From a virus (taxonomy: Duplodnaviria > Heunggongvirae > Uroviricota > Caudoviricetes): a stretch of DNA of 17,320 nt. Below are positions 7,942 through 17,113 of this stretch, piece after piece. The DNA is taken from positions 1-17,320 of IMG/VR virus record IMGVR_UViG_2563366829_000011; one strand, written 5' to 3'. Under the pieces are notes generated by a model. The model was given only the letters and a program-made list of their open reading frames with translations, was not told the origin of the DNA and made no database searches. The position numbers and the translations under genes were made by a program. Numbering within the stretch: position 1 is the stretch's first letter; each line of letters starts with the position of its first letter.

Positions 7942-8020
7942 AAGTTCAATGATATTCGCTCTTGAATGTACTGTCAGTTCTGTTATACCATGTACTCAAA
8001 GTTCACATTGTGAGGGTGAT
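7942..8020. promoter_or_regulatory. racR-ydaS divergent promoter/operator region with two ATGTACT motifs (7966-7972, 7990-7996) 24 bp apart
   Basis: Predicted minus-strand promoter CTGACA (7972-7977), 17 bp spacer, TATCAT (7949-7954), ending 7 nt before the racR ATG. Predicted plus-strand promoter TTGAAT (7962-7967), 16 bp spacer, TATACC (7984-7989) toward ydaS. SD GAGGG precedes ydaS. Hexamers identified by eye. Confidence 0.5.
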
Positions 8021-8275
8021 ATGAACCAGAAAACACTTGAAGATGTAATCAAAACTGTTCGCGTTTCTGTTGTGGCCGACGTTTGTGGTGTCAGCCAAAG
8101 AGCAATCTACAAATGGATGGATAACGGAAAATTGCCTCGCACAGAATATACCGGCGAAACAAATTACGCTGAAAAAATCGCTCATGCATCAAACGGATTA
8201 TTTTCTGCCGATGTAATTTTAACTATTGGCAGAAATAAAACTACTACGAAAAAGCTGATGGGAGTTGATTCATGA
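8021..8275 (+). CDS. ydaS: YdaS (Cro/HTH-like small protein), 84 aa from the SD-supported start
   Basis: MNQKTLEDVIKTVRVSVVADVCGVSQRAIYKWMDNGKLPRTEYTGETNYAEKIAHASNGLFSADVILTIGRNKTTTKKLMGVDS. SD GAGGG lies 7 nt upstream of the ATG at 8021. The upstream in-frame ATG at 7949 lacks an SD and lies in the operator region. Confidence 0.8.
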   Translation: MNQKTLEDVIKTVRVSVVADVCGVSQRAIYKWMDNGKLPRTEYTGETNYAEKIAHASNGLFSADVILTIGRNKTTTKKLMGVDS

Positions 8276-8694
8276 AAATCAAGCATGAGCACATCGAGTC
8301 AGTGTTGTTAGCCCTGGCAGCCGAAAAAGGGCAGGCATGGGTAGCCAATGCCATTACTGAAGAATATCTGCGCCAGGGGGGCGGCGAATTGCCCCTGGTA
8401 CCAGGCAAGGACTGGAATAATCAGCAGAACATCTATCACCGTTGGTTAAAAGGTGAAACGGAAGCGCAAAGGGAAAAAATTCAGAAACTGATCCCTGCAA
8501 TTCTGGCAATCCTTCCGCGCGAGCTGCGTCACCGACTCTGCATCTTCGATACCCTGGAACGCCGTGCATTACTGGCGGCGCAGGAAGCGTTAAGTACGGC
8601 AATTGATGCGCATGATGATGCAGTCCAGGCCGTTTACCGGAAAGCGCATTTCAGCGGCGGCGGGTCTTCCGACGATTCTGTCATTGTTCATTAA
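8272..8694 (+). CDS. ydaT: YdaT, 140 aa
   Basis: MKIKHEHIESVLLALAAEKGQAWVANAITEEYLRQGGGELPLVPGKDWNNQQNIYHRWLKGETEAQREKIQKLIPAILAILPRELRHRLCIFDTLERR... The start overlaps the ydaS stop (ATGA). Confidence 0.85.
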   Translation: MKIKHEHIESVLLALAAEKGQAWVANAITEEYLRQGGGELPLVPGKDWNNQQNIYHRWLKGETEAQREKIQKLIPAILAILPRELRHRLCIFDTLERRALLAAQEALSTAIDAHDDAVQAVYRKAHFSGGGSSDDSVIVH

Positions 8695-8706
8695 GCAAAA
8701 GTTTCC

Positions 8707-8917
8707 ATGCTGTTTGTGCTTATTCTAAGCAACCGGGCAGCATCATACGGGGCAATTATGGCCGCATTACCATACATGCAACTGTACATAGCTGATTATC
8801 TGGCTGACACCATGCATTTGTCAGCAGAGGAGCATGGTGCGTATTTGTTGCTGATGTTCAATTACTGGCAAACAGGAAAGCCAATACCTAAAAACAGGCT
8901 GGCAAAAATTGCCCGTC
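8707..8917 (+). pseudogene. ydaU: YdaU-like (DUF1376-type) gene, 5' fragment only, interrupted by IS629 at 8918
   Basis: ...[52 protein letters not shown] then continues into IS629-derived codons. The true start may be the ATG at 8758. Confidence 0.65.
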
Positions 8918-8971
8918 TGAACCGCCCCGGGAATCCTGGAGACTAAACTTCCTGAGAAAGAGGTAAACAGG

Positions 8972-9298
8972 ATGACTAAAAATACTCGTTTTTCCCCCGA
9001 AGTCCGTCAACGGGCAGTCCGTATGGTTCTGGAAAGTCAGAGCGAATATGACTCACAATGGGCGACAATTTGTTCCATTGCTCCAAAGATTGGCTGTACG
9101 CCGGAGACTCTGCGTGTCTGGGTTCGCCAGCATGAGCGGGATACCGGGGGCGGTGATGGAGGGCTCACCACCGCTGAACGTCAGCGTCTGAAAGAGCTGG
9201 AACGTGAAAATCGTGAACTGCGCCGCAGTAACGATATCCTTCGCCAGGCTTCCGCTTATTTTGCGAAGGCGGAGTTCGACCGCCTCTGGAAAAAATGA
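8972..9298 (+). CDS. IS629 transposase OrfA (HTH), 108 aa
   Basis: [61 protein letters not shown]... recognised as IS629/IS3-family OrfA. Confidence 0.9.
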   Translation: MTKNTRFSPEVRQRAVRMVLESQSEYDSQWATICSIAPKIGCTPETLRVWVRQHERDTGGGDGGLTTAERQRLKELERENRELRRSNDILRQASAYFAKAEFDRLWKK

Positions 9299-10185
9299 TG
9301 CCACTGCTGGATAAGCTGCGTGAGCAGTACGGGGTCGGACCGCTATGCAGCGAACTGCATATTGCCCCGTCAACGTATTACCACTGTCAGCAACAGCGAC
9401 ATCATCCGGATAAACGCAGTGCCCGTGCGCAGCTCGATGACTGGCTGAAGAAAGAGATACAGCGCGTATACGATGAAAATCACAAGGTATACGGTGTGCG
9501 TAAAGTCTGGCGTCAGTTGTTACGGGAAGGTATCAGAGTGGCCAGATGCACTGTGGCACGTCTCATGGCGGTTATGGGACTTGCCGGTGTTCTCCGGGGT
9601 AAAAAGGTCCGTACGACCATCAGCCGGAAAGCCGTTGCCGCAGGCGACCGCGTAAACCGTCAGTTCGTGGCAGAACGACCTGACCAGCTGTGGGTGGCTG
9701 ATTTTACTTACGTCAGCACATGGCGGGGCTTCGTCTATGTGGCGTTCATCATTGATGTGTTTGCCGGATACATCGTGGGGTGGCGGGTCTCATCGTCCAT
9801 GGAAACGACATTCGTGCTGGATGCACTGGAGCAGGCGTTATGGGCCCGTCGACCGTCCGGCACGGTCCATCACAGTGATAAAGGTTCTCAGTATGTATCG
9901 CTGGCCTACACACAGCGGCTTAAGGAAGCCGGATTACTGGCATCAACAGGAAGTACAGGCGACTCGTATGACAACGCGATGGCGGAGAGCATCAATGGTC
10001 TTTACAAAGCGGAGGTAATACACCGTAAGAGCTGGAAAAACCGTGCAGAAGTGGAACTGGCCACACTCACGTGGGTGGACTGGTATAACAATCGACGATT
10101 GCTGGAAAGGCTGGGCCATACTCCTCCGGCAGAAGCAGAAAAAGCTTATTATGCTTCCATCGGAAACGATGATCTGGCAGCCTGA
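9295..10185 (+). CDS. IS629 transposase OrfB (DDE/RNase H-fold catalytic domain), 296 aa
   Basis: [37 protein letters not shown]...[34 protein letters not shown]...[10 protein letters not shown]...[15 protein letters not shown], a typical IS3-family integrase core. Confidence 0.9.
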   Translation: MMPLLDKLREQYGVGPLCSELHIAPSTYYHCQQQRHHPDKRSARAQLDDWLKKEIQRVYDENHKVYGVRKVWRQLLREGIRVARCTVARLMAVMGLAGVLRGKKVRTTISRKAVAAGDRVNRQFVAERPDQLWVADFTYVSTWRGFVYVAFIIDVFAGYIVGWRVSSSMETTFVLDALEQALWARRPSGTVHHSDKGSQYVSLAYTQRLKEAGLLASTGSTGDSYDNAMAESINGLYKAEVIHRKSWKNRAEVELATLTWVDWYNNRRLLERLGHTPPAEAEKAYYASIGNDDLAA

Positions 10186-10227
10186 GTTCACAGATAAAAC
10201 ACTCTCCAGGAAACCCGGGGCGGTTCA

Positions 10228-12072
10228 ATTGCGACTTATAACCAGATTAAGGCGCTACAGGATGAAGGGAACCAGCAGGAGGCCGCCCGCATTGCGACAG
10301 AAGCATACTCATCCTCAATGATCCAGCGCACCAACCAGATTAAAGAAAATCTTGGTTATCTTGAGACTGCATGGAAAGCTGTCGCAGACTCCGCAAAATG
10401 GGCATGGGATTCCATGCTGGATATTGGCCGTGAGGCCTCCCTTGATCAAAAAATCTCAGATGTTCTCCGTCAAATTGATGAAATAGAAAAAAATACCCGC
10501 CCCGGAGTTTTCGGGTTAGGTGGCATTGGAGATGGCGGAGCTCAAAATAAAAGGCTGGCACGATTAAAGCAGCAATTGGGCGTACTTCAAGCAGAAAAAA
10601 TTGCTCAGGACGTACTAAATTCATCAATAAACGATTACAACAAGCGACAACAGGAAGGAATTGAACTCAGACAGAGAGCAGATGCCTTTTCAAAACAATA
10701 TCAGACCCGGGAGCAGCAGAGAGCTAGTGAACTTGCAAAACTGGAAAAACTAAAGAGTCAGTATTCAAAGGAAGAATATAATAATCTTATCGCTCAAATA
10801 AATGAGCGTTATAAAGATCCAAAGCAACCAAAGGCGAAAGGTTATTCGGATGATGCTGCCCAACGAATGATTGATCATCTGAATCAACAGAATGCGTTAC
10901 TAAGTTCACAAACTGAATTAACCGTTAAATTAAGTTCCTCTGAACAGGAACTGGTTAAGTGGCGTCAGCAGATTGCCGACCTGGAGTCACGACCGTCATC
11001 GAAATTAACCAAGGATCAGAAATCGCTTCTCTTACACCGGGAAGAAATAACCGCGTTGATGGAGAAAAATGTTGCGATTGAAAAAAATAACAGGCTAATC
11101 AAGGAATCCGCCGAAATAGCTGCATGGCGTGATTCATTGCAGGCTTCGATTGATAATCGTCAACAGGGGTATGATATTCAGATTGCTGGTTATGGGGTTG
11201 GCGATAAAAATCAGCAACGCCAGCAGGAATTACTGCGGATTGAACGTGAATATAACAATCAGCGTCTGCAACTTGAACGTGACTATGCAGATAAATCCCG
11301 TGGGATGTCAAATCATGTTTTTCAGGAGAAAATGCAGGCTCTGAATGATGCTCTGGAACGAGAAAAAGAAATTGTCAGACAGAAAAACGAGCAGCTCGAT
11401 ATTCAGGCAGGAGACTGGGTTAGTGGTGCCTCCCAGGGATTCAATAACTGGCTGGATGACACTAAGGATATCAGTGAGCAGATAAAATCAACCACGACTC
11501 AGATGTTTGATGGAATGACCGATGCGCTGGGTGATTTTGTCACGACAGGCAAAGCAAATTTTCGTTCTTTCGCTACTTCCGTGATTTCGGATCTTAGTCG
11601 AATAGCATTAAAGGCTTCAATTACTGGGATTTTCGACAGCATTAGTAACAGTTCTTCTGGGGGGATTTTAGGAACTATCGGGAGTGCTATTAGTAAATTT
11701 ATTCCGAATGCAAAGGGCGGTGTTTATGAGTCTCCGTCATTGAACACGTATTCGAACGGTATTTATGATTCCCCGCAATTTTTTGCTTTTGCAAGAGGGG
11801 CTGGTGTTTTTGGTGAGGCTGGTCCGGAAGCCATTATGCCATTAACACGAACTTCCGATGGTTCTCTTGGTGTCAGAGCTGTTAATAGTAAAAGTGGTAA
11901 TGGAGGCGGAGATATTACCTATGCCCCTGTATACCAAATCACTATTCAAAATGACGGCCAGAATGGAGAGATTGGCCCTCAGGCAATAAAAGCACTTATG
12001 GGGATGGTTGATCAGCGGGTGCAGGGCAATCTGTTAAATATGCGACGTGATGGGGGAATGTTAAGTGGCTAA
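10228..12072 (+). pseudogene. Lambda H-like tail tape-measure protein, 5'-truncated by IS629; C-terminal about 614 codons retained
   Basis: The frame is open from inside the IS629 end through 12072. Product is Q/E/K-rich and coiled-coil-like with a Gly-rich C-terminus (FAFARGAGVFGEAGPEAIMPLTR...). Identified by position immediately upstream of M-L-K-I-J homologues. Confidence 0.8.
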
Positions 12073-12403
12073 TACGGAAGAATTTCACTGGTTACCAGAG
12101 GATGGAATGAAAACAGAAAATAAACCATCGATAAAAACTGTAAGATTTGGCGATGGTTATGAGCAACGAAGTCCAAATGGACTTAATCATTCTCTGCGCG
12201 TTTTCACCTGTGATTTCAAAGTTGAGGCGAATGAACGTGATTCATTTGAAAAATTTTTAGCCCGGCATGAAGGCTATAAATCTTTTTTTTGGCGCCCGCC
12301 GGGTATTAACAGAAAAATCAGAGTGGTGTGTCGAACGTGGTCAGCGACAGAACATATCACCTATACCGATTTTTCGTGTCAGTTTGACGAAGTGGTGATC
12401 TGA
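12065..12403 (+). CDS. Lambda M-like minor tail protein, 112 aa, GTG start
   Basis: ...KTVRFGDGYEQRSPNGLNHSLRVFTCDFKVEANERDSFEKFLARHEGYKSFFWRPPG... resembles lambda gpM (recalled motif VRFGDGY). SD GGGGGAA upstream; overlaps the tape-measure stop. Confidence 0.85.
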   Translation: MANTEEFHWLPEDGMKTENKPSIKTVRFGDGYEQRSPNGLNHSLRVFTCDFKVEANERDSFEKFLARHEGYKSFFWRPPGINRKIRVVCRTWSATEHITYTDFSCQFDEVVI

Positions 12404-13101
12404 TGCAGGACATACAACAGGAAACGCTGAATGAATGCATTCGTGCGGAGCAGTCGGCCAGCGTGGTGCTCTGGGAAATCGACCTGACCGAGGTAGGCGG
12501 GGATCGCTACTTTTTCTGTAATGAGCAGAACGAAAAAGGTGAGTCTGTCACCTGGCAGAGTCGGCAGTATCAGGCCTATCCCATTCAGGGGAGTGGATTT
12601 GAGATGAACGGCAAGGGCAGTGCTGCCCGTCCGACACTGGCGGTCTCTAACCTGCACGGCATGATCACCGGGATGGCGGAAGATCTGCAGAGTCTGGTCG
12701 GCGGAACGGTGGTCCGGCGTAAGGTTTACGCCCGCTTTCTGGATGCGGTGAACTTCGTCAACGGAAACAGCGAAGCCGATCCGGAGCAGGAGGTGATCAG
12801 CCGCTGGCGCATCGAGCAGTGCAGCGAACTGAGCGCGGTCAGTGCCTCTTTTGTACTGTCCACGCCGACTGAAACGGATGGCGCTGTTTTTCCGGGACGT
12901 ATCATGCTGGCCAACACCTGCACCTGGACCTATCGCGGCGATGAGTGCGGTTATAGCGGTCCGGCGGTCGCGGATGAATATGACCAGCCGACGTCCGATA
13001 TCACGAAGGATAAATGCAGCAAATGCCTGAGTGGCTGTAAGTTTCGCAATAATGTCGGCAACTTTGGCAGCTTCCTTTCCATTAACAAACTTTCGCAGTA
13101 A
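12403..13101 (+). CDS. Lambda L-like minor tail protein, 232 aa
   Basis: MQDIQQETLNECIRAEQSASVVLWEIDLTEVGGDRYFFCNEQNEKGESVTWQ... ...CSKCLSGCKFRNNVGNFGSFLSINKLSQ closely matches lambda gpL as recalled. The start overlaps the M stop (TGATG). Confidence 0.9.
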   Translation: MQDIQQETLNECIRAEQSASVVLWEIDLTEVGGDRYFFCNEQNEKGESVTWQSRQYQAYPIQGSGFEMNGKGSAARPTLAVSNLHGMITGMAEDLQSLVGGTVVRRKVYARFLDAVNFVNGNSEADPEQEVISRWRIEQCSELSAVSASFVLSTPTETDGAVFPGRIMLANTCTWTYRGDECGYSGPAVADEYDQPTSDITKDKCSKCLSGCKFRNNVGNFGSFLSINKLSQ

Positions 13102-13106
13102 ATCCC

Positions 13107-13850
13107 ATGACAGAGACAGAATCAGCGATTCTGGCGCACGCCCGGCGATGTGCGCCAGCGGAGTCGTGCGGCTTCGTGGTGAGAACGCCGGAGGAGGAAA
13201 GATATTTTCCCTGCGTGAATATCTCCGGTGAGCCGGAGGAGTATTTCCGGATGTCGCCGGAGGACTGGCTGAGTGCAGAAATGCAGGGAGAGATTGTGGC
13301 GCTGGTCCACAGCCACCCCGGTGGTCTGCCCTGGCTGAGTGAGGCCGACCGGCGGCTGCAGGTACAGAGTGATTTGCCGTGGTGGCTGGTCTGCCGGGGG
13401 GCGATTCATAAATTCCGCTGTGTGCCGCATCTCACCGGGCGGCGCTTTGAGCACGGGGTAACGGACTGTTACACGCTGTTCCGGGACGCTTACCATCTGG
13501 CGGGAATTGAGATGCCGGATTTTCATCGCGGGGATGACTGGTGGCGTAACGGTCAGAATCTCTATCTGGATAATCTGGAGGCCACAGGGCTGTATCAGGT
13601 GCCGTTGTCAGCGGCGCAGCCGGGCGATGTGCTGCTGTGCTGTTTTGGTTCATCGGTGCCGAATCATGCCGCCATTTACTGTGGTGACAGCGAGCTGCTG
13701 CACCATATTCCTGAACAACTGAGCAAACGAGAGAGGTACACCGACAAATGGCAGCGACGCACACACTCCCTCTGGCGTCACCGGGCATGGCACGCATCTG
13801 CCTTTACGGGGATTTACAACGATTTGGCCGCCGCATCGACCTTCGAGTGA
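13107..13850 (+). CDS. Lambda K-like tail assembly protein with JAMM/MPN and NlpC/P60-like motifs, 247 aa from the first ATG
   Basis: JAMM signature HSHPGGLPWLSEAD (H-x-H-x7-S-x2-D) and a downstream Cys/His region (GVTDCYTLF ... NHAAIY) are visible. The 3' end overlaps gene I by 103 nt, as in lambda. An alternative start at 13251 would give the 199 aa lambda-size product. Confidence 0.85.
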   Translation: MTETESAILAHARRCAPAESCGFVVRTPEEERYFPCVNISGEPEEYFRMSPEDWLSAEMQGEIVALVHSHPGGLPWLSEADRRLQVQSDLPWWLVCRGAIHKFRCVPHLTGRRFEHGVTDCYTLFRDAYHLAGIEMPDFHRGDDWWRNGQNLYLDNLEATGLYQVPLSAAQPGDVLLCCFGSSVPNHAAIYCGDSELLHHIPEQLSKRERYTDKWQRRTHSLWRHRAWHASAFTGIYNDLAAASTFE

Positions 13851-14389
13851 AAACGGGGTCCGAAGCCATCCGGGCGCTGGCCATGCAGATCCCGGCATTT
13901 CGTCAGAAACTGAGCGACGGCTGGTACCAGGTACGCATTGCCGGGCGTGATGCAGGTGAAACCGAATTGTCTGCCCGTCTTAATGAGCCGCTGGAAAATG
14001 GTGCCGTGATCCATATCGTGCCGCGTCTGGCAGGAGCCAAAAGTGGCGGTGTGTTTCAGGCTGTGCTGGGGGCGGCTGTTATGGCGGTTGCTATATGGAT
14101 GCCGGGGGTAGGAATTATGGCGAGTAATCTGCTGTTTTCTCTCGGTGCCAGTATGACGCTTGGCGGTGTTGCACAGATGCTGGCCCCTAAACCCAAAACC
14201 CCCCGCACACAGACAACGGATAACGGCAAACAGAACACCTATTTTTCTTCACTGGATAACATGGTTGCCCAGGGCAATGTTCTGCCGGTTCTGTACGGTG
14301 AAATGCGCGTGGGGTCACGCGTGGTTTCTCAGGAGATCAGCACGGCAGACGAAGGGGATGGTGGTCAGGTTGTGGTGATTGGTCGCTGA
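13748..14389 (+). CDS. Lambda I-like tail assembly protein, 213 aa
   Basis: MAATHTLPLASPGMARICLYGDLQRFGRRIDLRVKTGSEAIRALAMQIPAFRQKLSDGWYQVRIAGRD... ...YGEMRVGSRVVSQEISTADEGDGGQVVVIGR matches lambda gpI as recalled. Confidence 0.85.
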   Translation: MAATHTLPLASPGMARICLYGDLQRFGRRIDLRVKTGSEAIRALAMQIPAFRQKLSDGWYQVRIAGRDAGETELSARLNEPLENGAVIHIVPRLAGAKSGGVFQAVLGAAVMAVAIWMPGVGIMASNLLFSLGASMTLGGVAQMLAPKPKTPRTQTTDNGKQNTYFSSLDNMVAQGNVLPVLYGEMRVGSRVVSQEISTADEGDGGQVVVIGR

Positions 14390-14407
14390 TGCAAAATGTT
14401 TTATGTG

Positions 14408-14430
14408 AAACCGCCTCCGGGCGGTTTTAT
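14408..14430 (+). terminator. GC-rich hairpin (AAACCGCC-TCCG-GGCGGTTT) with a short T tract, between genes I and J
   Basis: Seen directly at 14408-14427, followed by TAT. SD GGAG for J follows at 14438-14441. May be a weak terminator, attenuator or mRNA stability element. Confidence 0.45.
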
Positions 14431-14449
14431 CGTTTATGGAGCATGACGA

Positions 14450-17113
14450 ATGGGTAAAGGCAGCAGTAAGGGGCATACCCCGCGCGAAGCGAAGGACAAC
14501 CTGAAGTCCACGCAGCTGCTGAGTGTGATCGATGCCATCAGCGAAGGGCCGGTTGAAGGTCCGGTGGATGGATTAAAAAGCGTGCTGCTGAACAGTACGC
14601 CGGTGCTGGACAGTGAGGGGAATACCAATATATCCGGCGTCACGGTGGTGTTCCGGGCCGGTGAGCAGGAGCAGACACCGCCGGAGGGATTTGAATCCTC
14701 CGGCTCCGAGACGGTGCTGGGTACGGAAGTGAAGTACGACACGCCGATTACCCGGACCATCACGTCGGCAAACATCGACCGTCTGCGCTTTACCTTCGGT
14801 GTGCAGGCACTGGTGGAAACCACCTCAAAGGGGGACCGGAATCCGTCGGAAGTCCGCCTGCTGGTTCAGATACAGCGTAATGGTGGCTGGGTGACGGAAA
14901 AAGACATCACCATTAAAGGCAAAACCACCTCACAGTATCTGGCATCGGTGGTGGTGGGTGACCTGCCGCCGCGTCCGTTCAATATCCGGATGCGCAGGAT
15001 GACGCCGGACAGCACCACAGACCAGCTGCAGAACAAAACGCTCTGGTCGTCATACACCGAAATCATCGATGTGAAACAGTGCTACCCGAACACGGCACTG
15101 GTCGGCGTACAGGTGGATTCGGAGCAGTTCGGCAGCCAGCAGGTGAGCCGTAATTATCATCTGCGCGGGCGTATTCTGCAGGTGCCGTCGAACTATAACC
15201 CGCAGACTCGGCAATACAGCGGTATCTGGGACGGAACGTTTAAGCCAGCATACAGCAATAACATGGCCTGGTGTCTGTGGGATATGCTGACCCATCCACG
15301 CTACGGCATGGGGAAACGTCTTGGTGCGGCGGATGTGGACAAATGGGCGCTGTATGTCATCGGCCAGTACTGCGACCAGTCAGTGCCGGACGGCTTTGGC
15401 GGCACGGAGCCGCGCATCACCTGTAATGCGTACCTGACCACACAGCGCAAGGCGTGGGATGTGCTCAGTGATTTTTGCTCGGCGATGCGCTGTATGCCGG
15501 TATGGAACGGGCAGACGCTGACGTTCGTGCAGGACCGACCGTCAGATAAGGTGTGGACCTATAACCGCAGTAATGTGGTGATGCCGGATGATGGCGCGCC
15601 GTTCCGCTACAGCTTCAGCGCCCTGAAGGACCGCCATAATGCCGTTGAGGTGAACTGGATTGACCCGGATAACGGCTGGGAGACGGCGACAGAGCTTGTT
15701 GAAGATACGCAGGCCATTGCCCGTTACGGTCGTAACGTCACGAAGATGGATGCCTTTGGCTGTACCAGCCGGGGGCAGGCACACCGCGCCGGGCTGTGGC
15801 TGATTAAAACGGAGCTGCTGGAAACGCAGACCGTGGACTTCAGCGTGGGCGCAGAAGGGCTTCGCCATGTACCGGGCGATGTCATTGAAATCTGTGATGA
15901 TGACTATGCGGGTATCAGCATCGGCGGGCGCGTGCTGGCGGTGAACAGCCAGACGCGGACGCTGACGCTCGACCGTGAAATCACGCTGCCATCCTCCGGC
16001 ATCACGCTGATAAGCCTGGTTGACGGACAGGGGAATCCGGTCAGCGTGGAGGTTCAGTCCGTCACCGACGGCGTGAAGGTAAAAGTGAGCCGTGTTCCTG
16101 GCGGTGTTGCTGAATACAGCGTATGGGGGCTGAAGCTGCCGACGCTGCGCCAGCGACTGTTCCGCTGCGTGAGTATCCGTGAGAACGACGACGGCACGTA
16201 TGCCATCACCGCCGTGCAGCATGTGCCGGAGAAAGAGGCCATCGTGGATAACGGGGCGCACTTTGACGGCGAACAGAGTGGCACGGTGAATGGTGTCACG
16301 CCGCCAGCGGTGCAGCACCTGACCGCAGAAGTCACTGCAGACAGCGGGGAATATCAGGTGCTGGCGCGATGGGACACGCCGAAGGTGGTGAAGGGCGTGA
16401 GCTTCCTGCTTCGCCTGACCGTGGCAGCGGATGACGGCAGTGAGCGGCTGGTCAGCACGGCCCGGACGACGGAAACCACATACCGCTTCACGCAACTGGC
16501 GCTGGGAAACTACAGGCTGACAGTCCGGGCGGCAAATGCCTGGGGGCAGCAGGGCGATCCGGCATCGGTATCGTTCCGTATTGCCGCACCGGCAGCGCCG
16601 TCGCGGATTGAGCTGACGCCGGGCTATTTTCAGATAACCGCCACGCCGTATCTTGCCGTTTATGATCCGACGGTACAGTTTGAGTTCTGGTTCTCGGAAA
16701 AGCGGATTGCGGATATCAGGCAGGTTGAAACCACAGCCCGCTATCTTGGCACGGCGCTGTACTGGATAGCTGCCAGTATCAATATCAAGCCGGGCCATGA
16801 TTATTATTTTTACATCCGCAGTGTGAACACCGTTGGCAAATCGGCATTCGTGGAGGCTGTTGGCCAGCCGAGTGATGATGCATCCGGCTATCTGGATTTT
16901 TTCAAAGGAGAGATAGGGAAAACCCATCTGGCTCAGGAGTTGTGGACGCAGATTGATAACGGTCAGCTTGCGCCTGACCTGGCGGAAATCAGAACGTCCA
17001 TCACGGATGTCAGTAATGAAATCACGCAGACCGTCAATAAGAAACTGGAAGACCAGAGTGCAGCGATCCAGCAGATACAGAAGGTTCAGGTTGATACAAA
17101 TAATAACCTGAAC
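14450..17113 (+). pseudogene. Lambda J-like central tail fibre/host-specificity protein, N-terminal about 888 codons; C-terminal receptor-binding part removed by IS2
   Basis: [58 protein letters not shown]... is typical of gpJ. The frame runs into the IS2 end at 17114, giving the IS-derived tail SRLAP then stop. Confidence 0.9.

Larger units (their letters stand above)
8918..10227 (+). mobile_element. IS629-type IS3-family insertion sequence, complete, 1310 bp
   Basis: Imperfect terminal inverted repeats TGAACCGCCCCGGGAATCCTGGAGA (8918-) and TCTCCAGGAAACCCGGGGCGGTTCA (-10227). OrfA and OrfB overlap in the -1 frame at an A6 run (9290-9295). Flanking triplets GTC and ATT are not a target-site duplication. 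Confidence 0.9.

Noticed and set aside
7949-8020. Upstream in-frame ATG extension of ydaS (ORF-track start at 7949)
   Set aside because: It would place the start inside the divergent promoter/operator spacer with no SD. The ATG at 8021 has a well-spaced GAGGG SD.
9053-10191. Minus- and plus-strand ORFs of 60-106 aa inside IS629
   Set aside because: They overlap the transposase frames within a well-defined insertion sequence and are presumed non-coding.
10043-10321. 92 aa plus-strand ORF across the IS629 right end
   Set aside because: It is in a different frame from the tape-measure remnant and begins inside the IS; likely a chance ORF.
12379-14823. Various antisense or alternative-frame ORFs of 60-134 aa within the L, K, I and J genes
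   Set aside because: They are embedded in genes with clear lambda-like products and the GC-rich sequence favours long spurious frames.
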